Below, in pieces: positions 63,653 to 64,000 of a stretch of DNA of 64,000 nucleotides (the first letter of the stretch is position 1; every line of letters starts with the position of its first letter). Under the pieces are notes generated by a model. It ran no database searches and was not told where the DNA came from. It was given only the letters and a program-made list of their open reading frames with translations. The DNA comes from Clostridia bacterium (lineage in GTDB: Bacteria > Bacillota > Clostridia > Christensenellales > CAG-314): the NCBI GenBank assembly GCA_017457305.1, contig JAFTHP010000044.1, positions 118,411 to 182,410 on the forward strand, in the 5' to 3' direction. Made by a program: the position numbers and the translations under genes.

Positions 63653-64000
63653 TTACTTGTACAACTTAGCAAGTCCGCCAATGGATGTTTCGCGGTAACT
63701 TTCCAAGATGTCTTTGCCTGTTTCGTACATTGCAGTAACAACTGTGTCAAAGCTGATCTTGGCGCTTGCCGTCAAGAAGGTTGCAAGGCTAACTGCGTTG
63801 ATTGCACGCATTGCCGCAACAGCATTGCGCTCAATACAAGGTATTTGTACCAAGCCACAAACAGGATCGCAAGTTAATCCAAGATGATGTTCCAATGCAA
63901 CTTCGGCACTGTATTCAATTTCTTGCAAGGACATATTGTGCATTTCTGCTAGACCTGCCGCAGCCATACTGCAAGCTGTGCCAATTTCCGCCTGACAGCC
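63653..64000 (-). CDS. sdaAA: L-serine dehydratase alpha subunit, C-terminal part (gene continues past the window end)
   Basis: ...GLVQIPCIERNAVAAMRAINAVSLA...YETGKDILESYRETSIGGLAKLYK. The frame is open to position 64000. Confidence 0.8.
   Translation of the reverse strand, partial: GCQAEIGTACSMAAAGLAEMHNMSLQEIEYSAEVALEHHLGLTCDPVCGLVQIPCIERNAVAAMRAINAVSLATFLTASAKISFDTVVTAMYETGKDILESYRETSIGGLAKLYK

Noticed and set aside
1-64000. Searched by eye for CRISPR arrays, rRNA genes, integrase, transposase or reverse transcriptase genes and IS terminal inverted repeats
   Set aside because: No regularly spaced short direct repeats were seen. No recombinase motifs (R..HxxR..Y, DDE) appeared in any long ORF, and no rRNA-like conserved stretches were found. 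The only RNA gene found is tRNA-Ser.

Overview
This window reads as a chromosomal segment from a low-to-moderate-GC, spore-forming anaerobic Firmicute (Clostridia-like). Evidence for that: spoIIID, an electron-bifurcating-type [FeFe] hydrogenase cluster, reverse rubrerythrin with a PerR-like regulator, and a membrane pyrophosphatase. All calls come from reading the sequence and the ORF translations by eye. No searches were run, so family names rest on recalled motifs. Main blocks, in order: (1) 0.6-1.9 kb, an oxidative-stress operon (Fur/PerR-like regulator, an unannotated 37-aa rubredoxin, reverse rubrerythrin). (2) 2-8 kb, housekeeping genes ttcA, spoIIID, glyQS and tex. (3) 8-16.2 kb, a hydC...hydB-hydA operon with seven embedded sensory or regulatory genes (HydS-like protein, two DRTGG proteins, PHP protein, two HATPase proteins, a 2Fe-2S ferredoxin). 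(4) 16.7-19.8 kb, a TM1266-like small regulator plus an NMT1/THI5-type ABC importer, behind an unclassified terminator-containing leader. (5) 20.8-26.6 kb, DUF1349, YwqG-like and Sel1-like genes, and a PadR-DUF1700-DUF4097 operon. (6) trkAH. (7) 29.7-37.8 kb, a same-strand block with a 2040-aa lipoprotein (collagen-like repeats, BspA-type LRRs, C-terminal M23 peptidase), two tandem mini-HTH paralogs, and a double-XRE-HTH/TM/M23 fusion protein. (8) A GPH-type sugar symporter and a carboxylesterase. (9) 41.06-45.95 kb, an AT-rich, integrase-less islet next to tRNA-Ser(GCU). It is bounded by ~70-bp direct repeats and contains nested att-like scars. It carries a SAM-I riboswitch in front of unknown small ORFs, a 500-aa protein with a PD-(D/E)xK-like C-terminus, an EEP-fold nuclease or phosphatase, and two Gly-rich mini membrane proteins. 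(10) An acyltransferase, hppA, a FliB-like Cys-cluster protein, a radical SAM/SPASM protein and a DUF362/4Fe-4S protein. (11) A 1066-aa lipoprotein with six 7-Cys repeats and an M6-like metalloprotease domain. (12) A membrane-anchored endonuclease I with Ig-like repeats, a Nudix hydrolase, a two-component system, and the 3' part of sdaAA. My best candidates for something undescribed are the tRNA-Ser islet cargo (42.0-45.5 kb) and the XRE-TM-M23, mini-HTH and giant M23 lipoprotein block (29.7-37.8 kb). No CRISPR array, integrase, transposase or rRNA was seen.
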